64,000 nt of DNA, from IMG/VR virus record IMGVR_UViG_3300043430_000167, one strand, 5' to 3'. Positions 28,193-37,390 of this stretch are shown piece by piece. The stretch's first letter is position 1. The number at the start of each line of letters is the position of its first letter. The notes below the pieces were generated by a model that made no database searches, was not told where the DNA came from, and saw only the letters and a list, made by a program, of their open reading frames with translations. The translations under genes and the position numbers were made by a program. This DNA is from an uncultured virus (IMG/VR IMGVR_UViG_3300043430_000167) (taxonomy: Duplodnaviria > Heunggongvirae > Uroviricota > Caudoviricetes).

Positions 28193-28890
28193 GCCGCTAT
28201 CTCCAATTTGAGTTGCTTCCACGCGTCCGTTTCGCGGCGTTTAGCTTTACGTGCCTGAACGATCAAGCTCGCCGCCCAGCTGCGCATCTGTTCGGTGATG
28301 TAGCTACCGCTGTTGCTCTCGAAGCCCCAGCATGAGTCTTCACCCAGTTCTTCTCCGTTCTCGTCATGCAGCGTGACGATCAGGCCAACGTACCACCAGT
28401 TGTCATTGCACCAGTCGCGCAGGAACTCATAGGTGTTGCGCATGGCACGCATAGCCTGCTCGTGCTTCGTCCCGGTCTTGTACGGTGGGGCGTCCCAGCC
28501 TTCTTTGATGGCGATGGGCAAGGTTGCCTTCCAGTCGTAATAGCGATGGCTGAAGTGCTCACCACACAGCTCCCAACCGTACTGCTCTTCGTCTAACGAA
28601 CCGTGAATCCAGTCAGTCACTTCACCCACACCGTCGCAGTCTTCCCAAGGCGGCTCGTGGTGGCTGTCATACTGAATCTTGAAATTGATTTTCCAGCCGC
28701 GAGGTAGCTCGTGTTCTTCCTCACCCTCATAGGCTTCACCGTGATTGAGCGGGGTGATGTTCTGCTTGAATGAACCTTCGCCGTACTTCGCTTCGAACTT
28801 TGCTGAACGCATAGCTTGAATGGCGGGGTTGTTTTCAGCACGTTCCTTTTTATAGAAACGGAGCACGCGTTGCTTGTAGGTTTCCTTCAT
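28189..28890 (-). CDS. Hypothetical protein
   Basis: Trp-rich ('DWCNDNWWYVG', 'DSCWGFES'); coupled ORF. Confidence 0.55.
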   Translation of the reverse strand: MKETYKQRVLRFYKKERAENNPAIQAMRSAKFEAKYGEGSFKQNITPLNHGEAYEGEEEHELPRGWKINFKIQYDSHHEPPWEDCDGVGEVTDWIHGSLDEEQYGWELCGEHFSHRYYDWKATLPIAIKEGWDAPPYKTGTKHEQAMRAMRNTYEFLRDWCNDNWWYVGLIVTLHDENGEELGEDSCWGFESNSGSYITEQMRSWAASLIVQARKAKRRETDAWKQLKLEIAA

Positions 28891-29240
28891 CACTCTTCTC
28901 CCAGCACAGCGAAGCGAAACCGATACCCAGCCAGATGTGTGCCGCATGCGTCACACGTCTCTCGTGAGAATTCATGCTCTCCTGTGTCGCGGTCGACGAG
29001 CCCGTCTTTGTGGCACTGCGGGCAGATGTCTGTCGGCTGTTTGTGGCCAATCCATCCGCACAGCTTGCACTCGACCTGATCCTCACTGAAGAAGTCAGGT
29101 ACGAGGCCTGAGCCCAGGTCGTGAACTCCTTCAACGACCATCCTGTCATGTGCGTCGTCGCTGTCTGGCGGCAGGTCGTCGTTCACTGCGAAGATCATGC
29201 AGTCTTGGCATAACCAGAGGTCACTACGGACGATTTTCAT
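28890..29240 (-). CDS. Cys-rich (zinc-binding) hypothetical protein
   Basis: Four CxxC pairs. Confidence 0.5.
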   Translation of the reverse strand: MKIVRSDLWLCQDCMIFAVNDDLPPDSDDAHDRMVVEGVHDLGSGLVPDFFSEDQVECKLCGWIGHKQPTDICPQCHKDGLVDRDTGEHEFSRETCDACGTHLAGYRFRFAVLGEE

Positions 29241-29613
29241 GGTTCTTCCTATGTGTCAACAGTTCAGATAGGGAAAGGCCGAGCGGGTGCTTACGCCTGT
29301 ATTGAGCCCGCCTTAGAAGTACCTCGCGCTCAGCGACTTCAGGCCTTTGTCTCCTTCGCCGCTGCTTCTCATTTGGCGAAGGGGGTTTCGGGTAAGGCTT
29401 GTCCTTGCCCTTACCGTTGGCGTAAACAGGTGAATAGGGGCCGGGTTTTTCTGCAGTTCGCCAACCCACGATATGCACTTCGCCTTCCGCATGTAGCTTG
29501 GTGAGTAACCTCTGTAGCGTGCGCTGGTGGCAATGCAGGACGGGCCAGTCACGTGCGCTCACAAGTTGATTCTTCAAACGCTCACGAAGCCTCGGCCCCA
29601 CGGCGCTCTTCAT
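29224..29613 (-). CDS. Putative DNA-binding protein
   Basis: Basic; HTH-like 'RTLQRLLTKLHAEGEVHIVGW'. Confidence 0.4.
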   Translation of the reverse strand: MKSAVGPRLRERLKNQLVSARDWPVLHCHQRTLQRLLTKLHAEGEVHIVGWRTAEKPGPYSPVYANGKGKDKPYPKPPSPNEKQRRRRQRPEVAEREVLLRRAQYRRKHPLGLSLSELLTHRKNHENRP

Positions 29614-30491
29614 GCAGCCTCCTTGTGCAGCAGCCCAAGCTGCTCAGCGATGAGTTCAAGTTCAGTGAAAGGAATCGTGTGGCATCCAACGACGAGCGTG
29701 CCGTCCGGGTGAATCATGGTCAGGCGGTAGTCGCCAACCTGTCTCTCCGCGTTGCTAGGGGTATATTCAATGCTATGGGTCTTGCAACGAGTGGCAGCTC
29801 GCCAAAGCCACGGAGCGACTTCGACAGGCACTGTTGCACCGCGCGAGGTCTCGATGAGGGTCTTGTCCTTGCTCAGCCGCAGAGCTGTCACTTCGAAGTG
29901 CGGGTAACGTCGCTCGACGTTGTGGCGCCAGTCGACGAGGGCTTCCGCTTGTTCTTTGGCACGCGCTTCTGCTCGCTCTTTTTCTTGGCGTTGGATTACC
30001 TTCGCCCACTCCCGCATTCGCAGAGCTTCGACCTCAAGCTGTTTGTCCAGCTCGTCCATCGACGGGCGAGTCCAACCAAGACCGAAGAACGCTGAATACG
30101 CGTCACGTGCGGCGAGGTTTGATTCGATGTCGCTCAACCGCGAACGCAACCGCTTGTTGGCGAGGTACTCCTTGCGAAGGCACTCAACATTCTTCATCCA
30201 CCCCCGGTCGTTCGCCATGTGCACGAAGTCCAGGTTCTGACCTTCGTGTTGAGGCAGCACGGCGCAGAAAACGCGTTGCATGTGGTGGACAGCTGAGCGG
30301 GCGCGCCTCTGGTGGGTGGACGTGGTGTTGCTGAACCTGCGCTCACTCAACATGACGCGGTTGTCGCCAAGCAGGAAGCCAATGGGCTCCGCGTAGCTGA
30401 ACATCACCGGACCTTCGAAGCGGACGTTACCGCTCTTGGCTCGCGGGCGAGACTGCGCCGCCCAGAGGTGAAACACTTCACGTGAGTTCAT
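29610..30491 (-). CDS. Hypothetical protein
   Basis: 'VFHLWA', 'FSNTTSTHQ', 'IETSRGATVP', 'VGCHTIP'. Confidence 0.55.
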   Translation of the reverse strand: MNSREVFHLWAAQSRPRAKSGNVRFEGPVMFSYAEPIGFLLGDNRVMLSERRFSNTTSTHQRRARSAVHHMQRVFCAVLPQHEGQNLDFVHMANDRGWMKNVECLRKEYLANKRLRSRLSDIESNLAARDAYSAFFGLGWTRPSMDELDKQLEVEALRMREWAKVIQRQEKERAEARAKEQAEALVDWRHNVERRYPHFEVTALRLSKDKTLIETSRGATVPVEVAPWLWRAATRCKTHSIEYTPSNAERQVGDYRLTMIHPDGTLVVGCHTIPFTELELIAEQLGLLHKEAA

Positions 30492-30852
30492 GATAAACCT
30501 CTCCGTCATAGCCAAGTTTGTTGCGCTCCCACAGGAGCTTGAGCAGCGCCTCTGCGTCTGCGCGCTTGCGCTTGATGGACTTCTCGATGACCTCAATGGG
30601 CGCCGGCAGCAGCTTCATGATGTCAGCCGCGGTGTCAGTGCCGATGCGCGTGCAGGAGATGCCGGGTGGGACTACTTTCTTGCGGGCTGTATCAAGGCCG
30701 GGCACAACAATGTCCTCTTCGAACACGTCCGCCGCTGCCGCGGGCTTTTGAGCTGGAAACGCGGTCTCTACGACCTTCTTCCCGAACAACTCTGACAGAA
30801 ACTCCTTGGCTTCGTCAGAAAGTGTCAGAGTGTGAGTTATGCGAATATCCAT
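30478..30852 (-). CDS. Hypothetical protein
   Basis: 124 aa; TCTGAC motif cluster inside its 5' end. Confidence 0.5.
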   Translation of the reverse strand: MDIRITHTLTLSDEAKEFLSELFGKKVVETAFPAQKPAAAADVFEEDIVVPGLDTARKKVVPPGISCTRIGTDTAADIMKLLPAPIEVIEKSIKRKRADAEALLKLLWERNKLGYDGEVYHELT

Positions 30853-30858
30853 GATGGT

Positions 30859-31137
30859 TTAATACTCCGAAGGAAGAAGGATTGTGGTTGCGCTGCGGTC
30901 GGCTTCGGTGATGATCCAAATCTTCACATCAGGTGCGATCTGGTATGCGGAGAAGATGCGGTTGCCGAGCTTAACGGCTTCGTCATTGAGTGCTTTGTCT
31001 TCTTCGCACAGCGTTCCCCAGTCGCCGTTGTAGTGGCGAGTGAGAAGACCTAGCGGCGTGAGTTCGTGAGCGGCAATTACTTCAAGCGCTCCGGGCGTGG
31101 CCACGACCTGGCCGAGTTGGAATAGTGGATGGATCAT
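30859..31137 (-). CDS. Conserved mobile-element protein
   Basis: 'LGQVVATPGAL...RHYNGDWG...IWIITEADRSATTILLPSEY', a pattern recalled from plasmids and phages. Confidence 0.65.
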   Translation of the reverse strand: MIHPLFQLGQVVATPGALEVIAAHELTPLGLLTRHYNGDWGTLCEEDKALNDEAVKLGNRIFSAYQIAPDVKIWIITEADRSATTILLPSEY

Positions 31138-31439
31138 GTCAGTCCTCCTGCCTGCAGCCACATGTCGATTGCGGTCTGCGCTTCGTTCATGAAAGCGGTG
31201 CCCTTGCTGGTGAACAGGGTCTCCGCATCATCGTCGTCTTCCGGCCCGCCAAGGAGCTGGTCAAGTACGTCTGGCCAGCACTCTTCACAGAACCCACCAA
31301 GCTCGTTGGCGTCGATGTAGTCGTGGAGTTGGCTGAAGCGTCTGCCAGTTTTCGGGATGCGTCCGGTGGCCGCCTCTTCGCAGATCTCGCACTTCATTCG
31401 CTCGATGGTCAGCGCCATTGCGAGTTCTGGTGTCATCAT
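31134..31439 (-). CDS. Hypothetical protein
   Basis: 'FSQLHDYIDANELGG'; start approximate. Confidence 0.5.
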   Translation of the reverse strand: MMTPELAMALTIERMKCEICEEAATGRIPKTGRRFSQLHDYIDANELGGFCEECWPDVLDQLLGGPEDDDDAETLFTSKGTAFMNEAQTAIDMWLQAGGLT

Positions 31440-31858
31440 GATTCCAGCCACTTCTCTTGCGCCCAAGTCAGCGCGTTCATTACTGCGGTCTGCTCTCCGT
31501 CAGTGCGCTTGTACTCGCTACGCATGAAGAACTCCCACACCCTGACATACAGGTCTGCTGCCGCTACGTGCTTGTTGATCCTTGGTGCCCCACGCTCTCC
31601 GGCAGGGTCTTGCGCTTCAATGTGCTTGCGCAGCCACTCCCCGAACGGTTCCGACACCTCGTAGTCATAGACGCCCTCGAAGTAGATGTCCGCAGCGCCG
31701 AACACCGCCTCCAGATACAGCTCTGAAAGTTCAGCGAACTCCGCGACGGCGCGGCACAATTCGATACAGCCTTGATCCCAGTGCTCAAGCAGCTTGTCGT
31801 CTTCCTTCACGCCTTCCCACATGAATGCGGCGGTGATGGCGATGTTGATGTGGTTCAT
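31436..31858 (-). CDS. Hypothetical protein
   Basis: 'GVYDYEVSEPFGEW'; GGAG RBS. Confidence 0.5.
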   Translation of the reverse strand: MNHINIAITAAFMWEGVKEDDKLLEHWDQGCIELCRAVAEFAELSELYLEAVFGAADIYFEGVYDYEVSEPFGEWLRKHIEAQDPAGERGAPRINKHVAAADLYVRVWEFFMRSEYKRTDGEQTAVMNALTWAQEKWLES

Positions 31859-31863
31859 GTCAG

Positions 31864-32310
31864 TTACTCCATTTCTTCAAGTAGTTCTACGCCGGTCTCA
31901 TCGAACAACTGGGTCGACCGGATGATGTTCTCTCGCCAGCGCTCGGCGAATTCGGGGCTCATTCTGCCCACCACCACGCGCTTGATCCCTGACTGCACGA
32001 TGGCTCGTGCGCAGTCCATACAGGGGAAGTGGGTGACGACCAGGGTGCCGCCCTTGGGGCTGAAGCCTGAGCGCGCTGCGGTGTAGATGGCGTTACGCTC
32101 TGCATGTTCTGCCCAGAAGAGCTTCTCCGGGCGAGATTGGAAGCGTTCATCTTCGTCAGCACTGCAGCCACGCGGCGCGCCGTTGTACCCCCATGGCCCA
32201 CCCTCTCCATCCGGGCCGATGATGATCGCGCCTACCTTGGTGTCGTCCTTGGACAGCTGGGCCACGGCGCGGGCGATGGCCATGAGTCTGGATATCTTGG
32301 CGGGGGTCAT
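31864..32310 (-). CDS. dCMP deaminase
   Basis: 'GYNG', 'HAE', 'PCMDC' zinc-deaminase motifs. Confidence 0.9.
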   Translation of the reverse strand: MTPAKISRLMAIARAVAQLSKDDTKVGAIIIGPDGEGGPWGYNGAPRGCSADEDERFQSRPEKLFWAEHAERNAIYTAARSGFSPKGGTLVVTHFPCMDCARAIVQSGIKRVVVGRMSPEFAERWRENIIRSTQLFDETGVELLEEME

Positions 32311-32311
32311 T

Positions 32312-33031
32312 TCAGCTCCTCACCAAGAAGGTGTTTCCGTCGACTTCGATCTCGGTGTAGTCAGACTTCAACTCATCGGCAGCCGCTTCCCAGTCGATGT
32401 GGTTTGTGGGCCACTCGGCATCACGTAGGATTGCACCGATATCGCTCGCATACTCTTGACAGTAATCCACAAACTTGCCCTCGTTGATGAGTTGACAGTC
32501 GCGGAACCTACCGCCGCAGTAGCTCTCAGCCTGCTCCTTCAGATCCAGCCAGTTGGCAAGCTCTTCGTACTCGTCAGCGTTCGGGTCGTTCGGGTCGAAC
32601 TCAATGGCATAGTCGACGCTGAACTCATCGCAGAACGCACGCGCTTCGTCCTCTCCGTCAAGAAGCGCGCAGATCTTGCCGCGAATCTTGCAGAGAGCTT
32701 CTTCGAGATCAGAGTCTGTAAGAGTGTCGAGCGTGTCTTCGAGGTCCAGCTCGCTCAACACTTCGCTCCAGTAGCCGAGGTTGTCGGCCATCGTTTCGAG
32801 CGTGTCGAGGTCGTCGGTGTCGGTGATCTCATCCTTGGCCGCTTCAACTGCAGACTTGTCGCCTTCACCCAGGGTGATCTCACCGTTGAGCCACTTGCGC
32901 AGCTCGCTGGAATCCACGTTGTCGAGGAAGTCGTGACCCGTCAGCAGGTAGCTGATATGGGCGTCGATGTCACGACCGGAGAGGTAGTCGTCATAGAGGT
33001 TGATGGTTTTAAGCATCTCGGTCGTCCTCAT
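32312..33031 (-). CDS. ArdA-like antirestriction (DNA-mimic) protein
   Basis: Very Asp/Glu-rich; C-terminal 'HIDWEAAADELKSDY' resembles the ArdA C-terminus. Confidence 0.5.
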   Translation of the reverse strand: MRTTEMLKTINLYDDYLSGRDIDAHISYLLTGHDFLDNVDSSELRKWLNGEITLGEGDKSAVEAAKDEITDTDDLDTLETMADNLGYWSEVLSELDLEDTLDTLTDSDLEEALCKIRGKICALLDGEDEARAFCDEFSVDYAIEFDPNDPNADEYEELANWLDLKEQAESYCGGRFRDCQLINEGKFVDYCQEYASDIGAILRDAEWPTNHIDWEAAADELKSDYTEIEVDGNTFLVRS

Positions 33032-33563
33032 GCTGCGTTATCCACTGGAGAACCTCGTCTTTGTTCGGGTGGTCTCCTTCGAGCGAGTTATTGATGGTGT
33101 CTGCAAACTCACATAGCAGGGCGTATGCACCTTCGTTGGCAGCGCGCAGCCTCTCTATCTCGTCGAGCATGGCTGGGAACTCGTTGTGTGCGAGGCTCTG
33201 GAAGTCTTCTTGGGCTGTAGTGGCGCGGGCCTCTTCAAGCACCGAGTCGGCGTAAGACTGTGCATCCTCGCGTGTCGGGTAGAACAGGTCGGCAGACCCG
33301 CGACACTTCTGACCTCGGCTGACGAAGTCGATGCTTTCTCCGGAGCATCCAGGAGATATACCAAAACGAGTGATTTTGATTTCACTGATGGTTGCTTTGT
33401 ATGGCCTGTCTCGCTGTGCGTTGTAGTGCAGATCCACTTCATACACAACGACGGGAAGCACTTGATCGCGCAGATCTTCGTTGGAAAGCTCGCGGAAAGC
33501 TCGCGGTTTTTTCTCTGTCGTTGCAGCGTGCGCCGCACGCAGTTTGTCGATGTCGATTGTCAT
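33009..33563 (-). CDS. Ead/Ea22-like hypothetical protein
   Basis: 'IDIDKLRAAHAATT' ... 'PAMLDEIERLRA' flanks. Confidence 0.4.
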   Translation of the reverse strand: MTIDIDKLRAAHAATTEKKPRAFRELSNEDLRDQVLPVVVYEVDLHYNAQRDRPYKATISEIKITRFGISPGCSGESIDFVSRGQKCRGSADLFYPTREDAQSYADSVLEEARATTAQEDFQSLAHNEFPAMLDEIERLRAANEGAYALLCEFADTINNSLEGDHPNKDEVLQWITQHEDDRDA

Positions 33564-33769
33564 TTCAGTAGCTCCACAGTCTTGCGAACAGGGGCTAGGT
33601 ACGCTTCGTCTGACGTGAGCAATTCCATTGCGTCTTTGACGCCGCACACGTAGGACACCAACCTGTCTATTTCCATATGGGAGATTAGGGAGCGTATGCG
33701 GAACTTAAGCAACTCGCAGTCGTCCGGGAGGGTGTCTATCGTCGCAATGAGGTCTTCGAGTTTGGTCAT
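33560..33769 (-). CDS. Hypothetical protein
   Basis: Coupled small ORF. Confidence 0.45.
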   Translation of the reverse strand: MTKLEDLIATIDTLPDDCELLKFRIRSLISHMEIDRLVSYVCGVKDAMELLTSDEAYLAPVRKTVELLK

Positions 33770-33770
33770 T

Positions 33771-34142
33771 TCAGTCTTCCTCTTCAACTTGCGCAGCCTT
33801 CCGGGTCATTTCTATGACCCGCTGTGCGACAACGTCGGTATGGGCGGCCTGCTTAGCTGCGGCCCTGATCACACCTTCAAAAGCGCCTCGGTATTGAGAC
33901 GCCAAAGCGACGGCAATATCCTTCTCAATCGCCATCAAGAAATTTGGAGAGACGCACGCCTTGGCGATAGCATGAACCATCGCAACGGTGATCTGCTCCT
34001 GCGATTCTGCGATTGCTTTCTCCATCGCCGCTTTCAGCTTCGCCCCCGTCCCGTAACTGTCGCGCATCATTGAATTGATGGCGTTCTGAACACCTTCTTT
34101 TAGCCAGCGTTCGATTGTTTCGTCTTTGATTTCGATTGCCAT
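33771..34142 (-). CDS. Hypothetical helical protein
   Basis: 123 aa; AGGAG RBS. Confidence 0.5.
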   Translation of the reverse strand: MAIEIKDETIERWLKEGVQNAINSMMRDSYGTGAKLKAAMEKAIAESQEQITVAMVHAIAKACVSPNFLMAIEKDIAVALASQYRGAFEGVIRAAAKQAAHTDVVAQRVIEMTRKAAQVEEED

Positions 34143-34143
34143 T

Positions 34144-34350
34144 TCACTTCTCCTTAAACTGTTTCAGGATTTCGCCAACGGTCTTGTGTGACCAGTCCGG
34201 GTACTCGAAGCTCGGCCCGATCAGGTCGTGCAGAGCGTTTGCGAACTGTTCGTCACTGTCATACAAGTCTGAGACCTTTTCGTTGGACGGGAAGCGCTTG
34301 ATGTACGCTCTGGCGCGCTTTTGGGCTGGGGCGATGAGGTCGATTGTCAT
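34144..34350 (-). CDS. Hypothetical protein
   Basis: ATG 34350 overlaps the NinX-like stop. Confidence 0.45.
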   Translation of the reverse strand: MTIDLIAPAQKRARAYIKRFPSNEKVSDLYDSDEQFANALHDLIGPSFEYPDWSHKTVGEILKQFKEK

Positions 34351-34772
34351 TTCAACAGTTCCTCCGGGGTATCGACTTCGTCGCCAAGCTTTGCAGCACA
34401 GAAGCAGCGCATGGCAGCGATGAGCGGGGTGGGGCCGTACTGTACGCACGAGACGCCATTTTGTGAGTAGGCGGCGAAGCCGTCTCGGTCAGATGCTCGG
34501 CCCACTTGGATTGGGTGCCTTTCGATGATCGGCCCGCCAGCTTCCCAGCTTCCCGAAAAAGAGGGGCAGGGAGTGTGTTTGGTAGGGTTGTCCCAGTAAA
34601 TTCTTGGCTTTGAGTCGCGGACTAGATCGGAATATGCCCGGTCGGCCTTGTCTTCCGGGTCGAGCCTGTCATAGCGCTGCTGCCCAGTGACGACGGTCGC
34701 TTTGTAGCCCAAAGCCTTCGCCACCGCCCAATCCAGCGCAGCGCCGGTCAGTTCTTGTGTTTTTATTCTCAT
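34347..34772 (-). CDS. NinX/DUF2591 family protein
   Basis: 'ELTGAALDWAVAKA', 'SWEAGGPIIE', 'GPTPLIAAMRC'. Confidence 0.8.
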   Translation of the reverse strand: MRIKTQELTGAALDWAVAKALGYKATVVTGQQRYDRLDPEDKADRAYSDLVRDSKPRIYWDNPTKHTPCPSFSGSWEAGGPIIERHPIQVGRASDRDGFAAYSQNGVSCVQYGPTPLIAAMRCFCAAKLGDEVDTPEELLK

Positions 34773-35035
34773 CGCTCAATCTCCAATGTCATTTTGCTCA
34801 GATCCGCCCGACCGATCACAGGGCGGCTTCTCATTGCGTTCTTCAGGTAAGTGGTGGCGCTGCACGCCTCACCGTAGCAGTCGAACCCCACGCAGACAGC
34901 GCCGGTCTTTGTCACAGCGATCACCAGCCAGTATTCGGTGCCGGGGCTCTTGCGCCCACCTTGGGCGGGGTAGATGTTGCCGGGCAGCACGTCAGCTTCT
35001 TGGATGGTGGCGAGCAGGGAGGGGTTGAGTTTCAT
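34769..35035 (-). CDS. Hypothetical protein
   Basis: Coupled ORF, 88 aa. Confidence 0.45.
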   Translation of the reverse strand: MKLNPSLLATIQEADVLPGNIYPAQGGRKSPGTEYWLVIAVTKTGAVCVGFDCYGEACSATTYLKNAMRSRPVIGRADLSKMTLEIER

Positions 35036-35238
35036 TCGTCGTTCCCCTCAGGTTCGCCGTGATCCTCGGGGCGGCAGACTGCGCTGACGGTGTACGCGCC
35101 GTCCCCGCTCAGGACGCGGTCTTCGAGATTCGGGCTGACCTCAAGCCACCTGAAGTAGCCCTGGCACGTATCCAGGGCGATGTCCAGAATGTCGCCGAAG
35201 AAGTCTTCGGTCATGTTGAATTTCAGGGTGATTGTCAT
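35032..35238 (-). CDS. Hypothetical protein
   Basis: Coupled ORF, 68 aa. Confidence 0.4.
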   Translation of the reverse strand: MTITLKFNMTEDFFGDILDIALDTCQGYFRWLEVSPNLEDRVLSGDGAYTVSAVCRPEDHGEPEGNDE

Positions 35239-36215
35239 TTTCTCTTCTTTCCAGGCTCGACCAGGTCCGTCTTACGAGCCCTGATATAAGCCTCGGTCAT
35301 AGTGATACTCTTGTGGCCGAGAAGTTTCTGTGCGGAAGCCGCGTCGTCCATGTCCGTGGCAACCATGCCGCGAAGGTCATGCTCCGTGAACCGGTCGTTT
35401 CCAGCTGATACGAACGTCGCCATCAGTCGCCTCCAGATCGAGCCGAAACCCTGTGACGTGTACTGAGTGCCCGAGCGAGTTGGAAATAGCAGCGGCGATG
35501 ATTTCGGCAAGCGACTTAAAATCTCCTGCAGTTCTGGAGTCAGCCGGATGCGGATCCGCTTTCCGGTAGAGTTCTTGGTTTTTTGAGGACATAGGTGTAT
35601 TCCTTGGTTGTCAATATCAACCCACTTGAGCGCGAGCATGTCTTGCTGGCGGGCACCAATCAGTGCTTTGAGATCCAGATAGGTCTGGAGCCACGCGGGG
35701 CACAGGCTCTTGAACGTCGCCAGTTCTGTCGAGGTGACGTACCGAGTACGGGGCCTCTCTCGCGCACGAAGCCCTGGAACTGCGCAAGGGTTATCCGTGC
35801 GTAAGCCCCACCTGATTGCGTAATTGAAGATGTGGGAAAGGAGCGCAATCTCACGGTTGCCTCTTGTCTTCGCTTCGCGGGCATCACGATACGCAGCGAC
35901 GTGTACTGCGGTGACCTGTGTGACGTGCATCTCTCCAAACGCCGTGCGAAGAAAGCGTAGTTCTTGGCGATTGTCCTTCTGCGTGCGCTCGGCTTTTCCC
36001 GGCACAACTTCGAGAAGGTATCGGTCAAAAAGCTCAGCCATGATCTCAGTTTGTGTCGGTGCGATGACAAGAGTCGACCATTTCGCCATTGCTTTGGCAT
36101 AGTCACTGTCTAGCCTTTCCCATTTACCAGTTGCTTTGTGAACGAAGTAGTACGCCCCGTTGCGGTGATATACCCGCTCAGGTAAGTCTTTTCGTTTTGT
36201 TCTTGCGCGTCCCAT
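35235..36215 (-). CDS. int: Tyrosine integrase
   Basis: Catalytic R (GARQQD), K (QKT), HxxR (HDLR), H (LLGH), Y (TEAY); N-terminal arm-binding-like region. Confidence 0.92.
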   Translation of the reverse strand: MGRARTKRKDLPERVYHRNGAYYFVHKATGKWERLDSDYAKAMAKWSTLVIAPTQTEIMAELFDRYLLEVVPGKAERTQKDNRQELRFLRTAFGEMHVTQVTAVHVAAYRDAREAKTRGNREIALLSHIFNYAIRWGLRTDNPCAVPGLRARERPRTRYVTSTELATFKSLCPAWLQTYLDLKALIGARQQDMLALKWVDIDNQGIHLCPQKTKNSTGKRIRIRLTPELQEILSRLPKSSPLLFPTRSGTQYTSQGFGSIWRRLMATFVSAGNDRFTEHDLRGMVATDMDDAASAQKLLGHKSITMTEAYIRARKTDLVEPGKKRK

Positions 36216-36432
36216 TTTGCATGCCTCGTTGAAGATCTTTCAGAGCGAATAGGTTCGGCTCAGATTTTGTCAGAGTCTTGGGCGAGCTAATTAGCGCTGC
36301 GCGTAATACGCGCGGCCAGTCGTCTGCGCCAATAAGGAGAACGGGCACCCCGTATTCGCGCAATATCTTCAAGACAAGTGAGGGACGACGATACCCCGTC
36401 AACTCGCAGAGTTCGTCTTTTGACAGAATCAT
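36178..36432 (-). CDS. Excisionase-like protein (DUF4224-like)
   Basis: 'LSKDELCELTGYRRPS...GVP...PRV...EPN'; directly upstream of int. Confidence 0.7.
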   Translation of the reverse strand: MILSKDELCELTGYRRPSLVLKILREYGVPVLLIGADDWPRVLRAALISSPKTLTKSEPNLFALKDLQRGMQNGTRKNKTKRLT

Positions 36433-36833
36433 TTCTTCGGGGTAATTACGACAAAGAATTTGTCAAATTCAATTTCGATAGCGCCGTCTTCGCGCTCAGC
36501 TATCACCACGCCTTGTTTTTTCAATAAATTCGGCGACGGGATAGGTGTAGTGGGTCTAGCATCAACCTTCTTATCCCAGATGTACGCGTACTTGGCAAAC
36601 GAGTTGCCGTCCTTCGGTGCGGGGAAACGAGTGAGTAACCCTCGTCGCCACATAAACCCAAGGTTGTCAGACACTTTGTTGGTGGCTACGGTCATTTCAC
36701 CGTAAGTTTCCAAGGCACATGCCCTGACCTCCTGGATGTCCATAAGGTTCACGCATGTCATGGCGTATGGTGCCGCCCTCAAGTGCTTTTCCAGCACGTT
36801 GTAAATCTCTTTAGTAGATCGAATACCTTTCAT
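36429..36833 (-). CDS. Hypothetical protein, possibly winged-helix DNA-binding
   Basis: 'NKVSDNLGFMWRRGLLTR'; visibly AT-richer. Confidence 0.4.
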   Translation of the reverse strand: MKGIRSTKEIYNVLEKHLRAAPYAMTCVNLMDIQEVRACALETYGEMTVATNKVSDNLGFMWRRGLLTRFPAPKDGNSFAKYAYIWDKKVDARPTTPIPSPNLLKKQGVVIAEREDGAIEIEFDKFFVVITPKK

Positions 36834-36988
36834 CCCATTCCCCTTTTCCCGCCGCCGCCTTTAGCTCTGTTTCTTCGATGCACGCTTGGCCAACCCATGT
36901 AGCAGAAAACCAATCAGAACAACAGAAGACAGTAAGCTGTAGGAAAGACCCGCGACACGAGTCGCAGTCACCAAGGCTCGGATCATCA

Positions 36989-37390
36989 TCACCTCATTGT
37001 TGTCCGCTCAAGCCATGAAGCGATGGACTTGCGGTCTAACAGCCTCTGAGTGTACTCAGAAGCAGCCAGCTCCGCACCCCATTCATCAGGATTAAGCAGT
37101 AGGACGCCACCGGTCGGGCAGCCTATAACCACTGCTACCGCCCGACCTTCTTTGTACCTACCGTTGAGCCACTCTGCCTGTAAAGGGCTGAGCAGTTCAG
37201 CGGGCCGCACTCTCCCACGTTGTGGCACACGCGGAAGAAACTTGTACTCCACCCACAGATCCTTTGAACCGGAATACCACACATCAGGCACACCCCCAAG
37301 ATAGGGGTTGTTGTTCTTCATGTGATAGACCGTCTTGGGTAAATGTTTGTGAATCGAGTGAATAAAGGTGGTCTCAGGCTTGACGGACAT
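36989..37390 (-). CDS. VRR-NUC / Holliday-junction resolvase-like nuclease
   Basis: 'E..F', 'GVPD', 'WVEYK', 'LSPLQAEWL'. Confidence 0.75.
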   Translation of the reverse strand: MSVKPETTFIHSIHKHLPKTVYHMKNNNPYLGGVPDVWYSGSKDLWVEYKFLPRVPQRGRVRPAELLSPLQAEWLNGRYKEGRAVAVVIGCPTGGVLLLNPDEWGAELAASEYTQRLLDRKSIASWLERTTMR

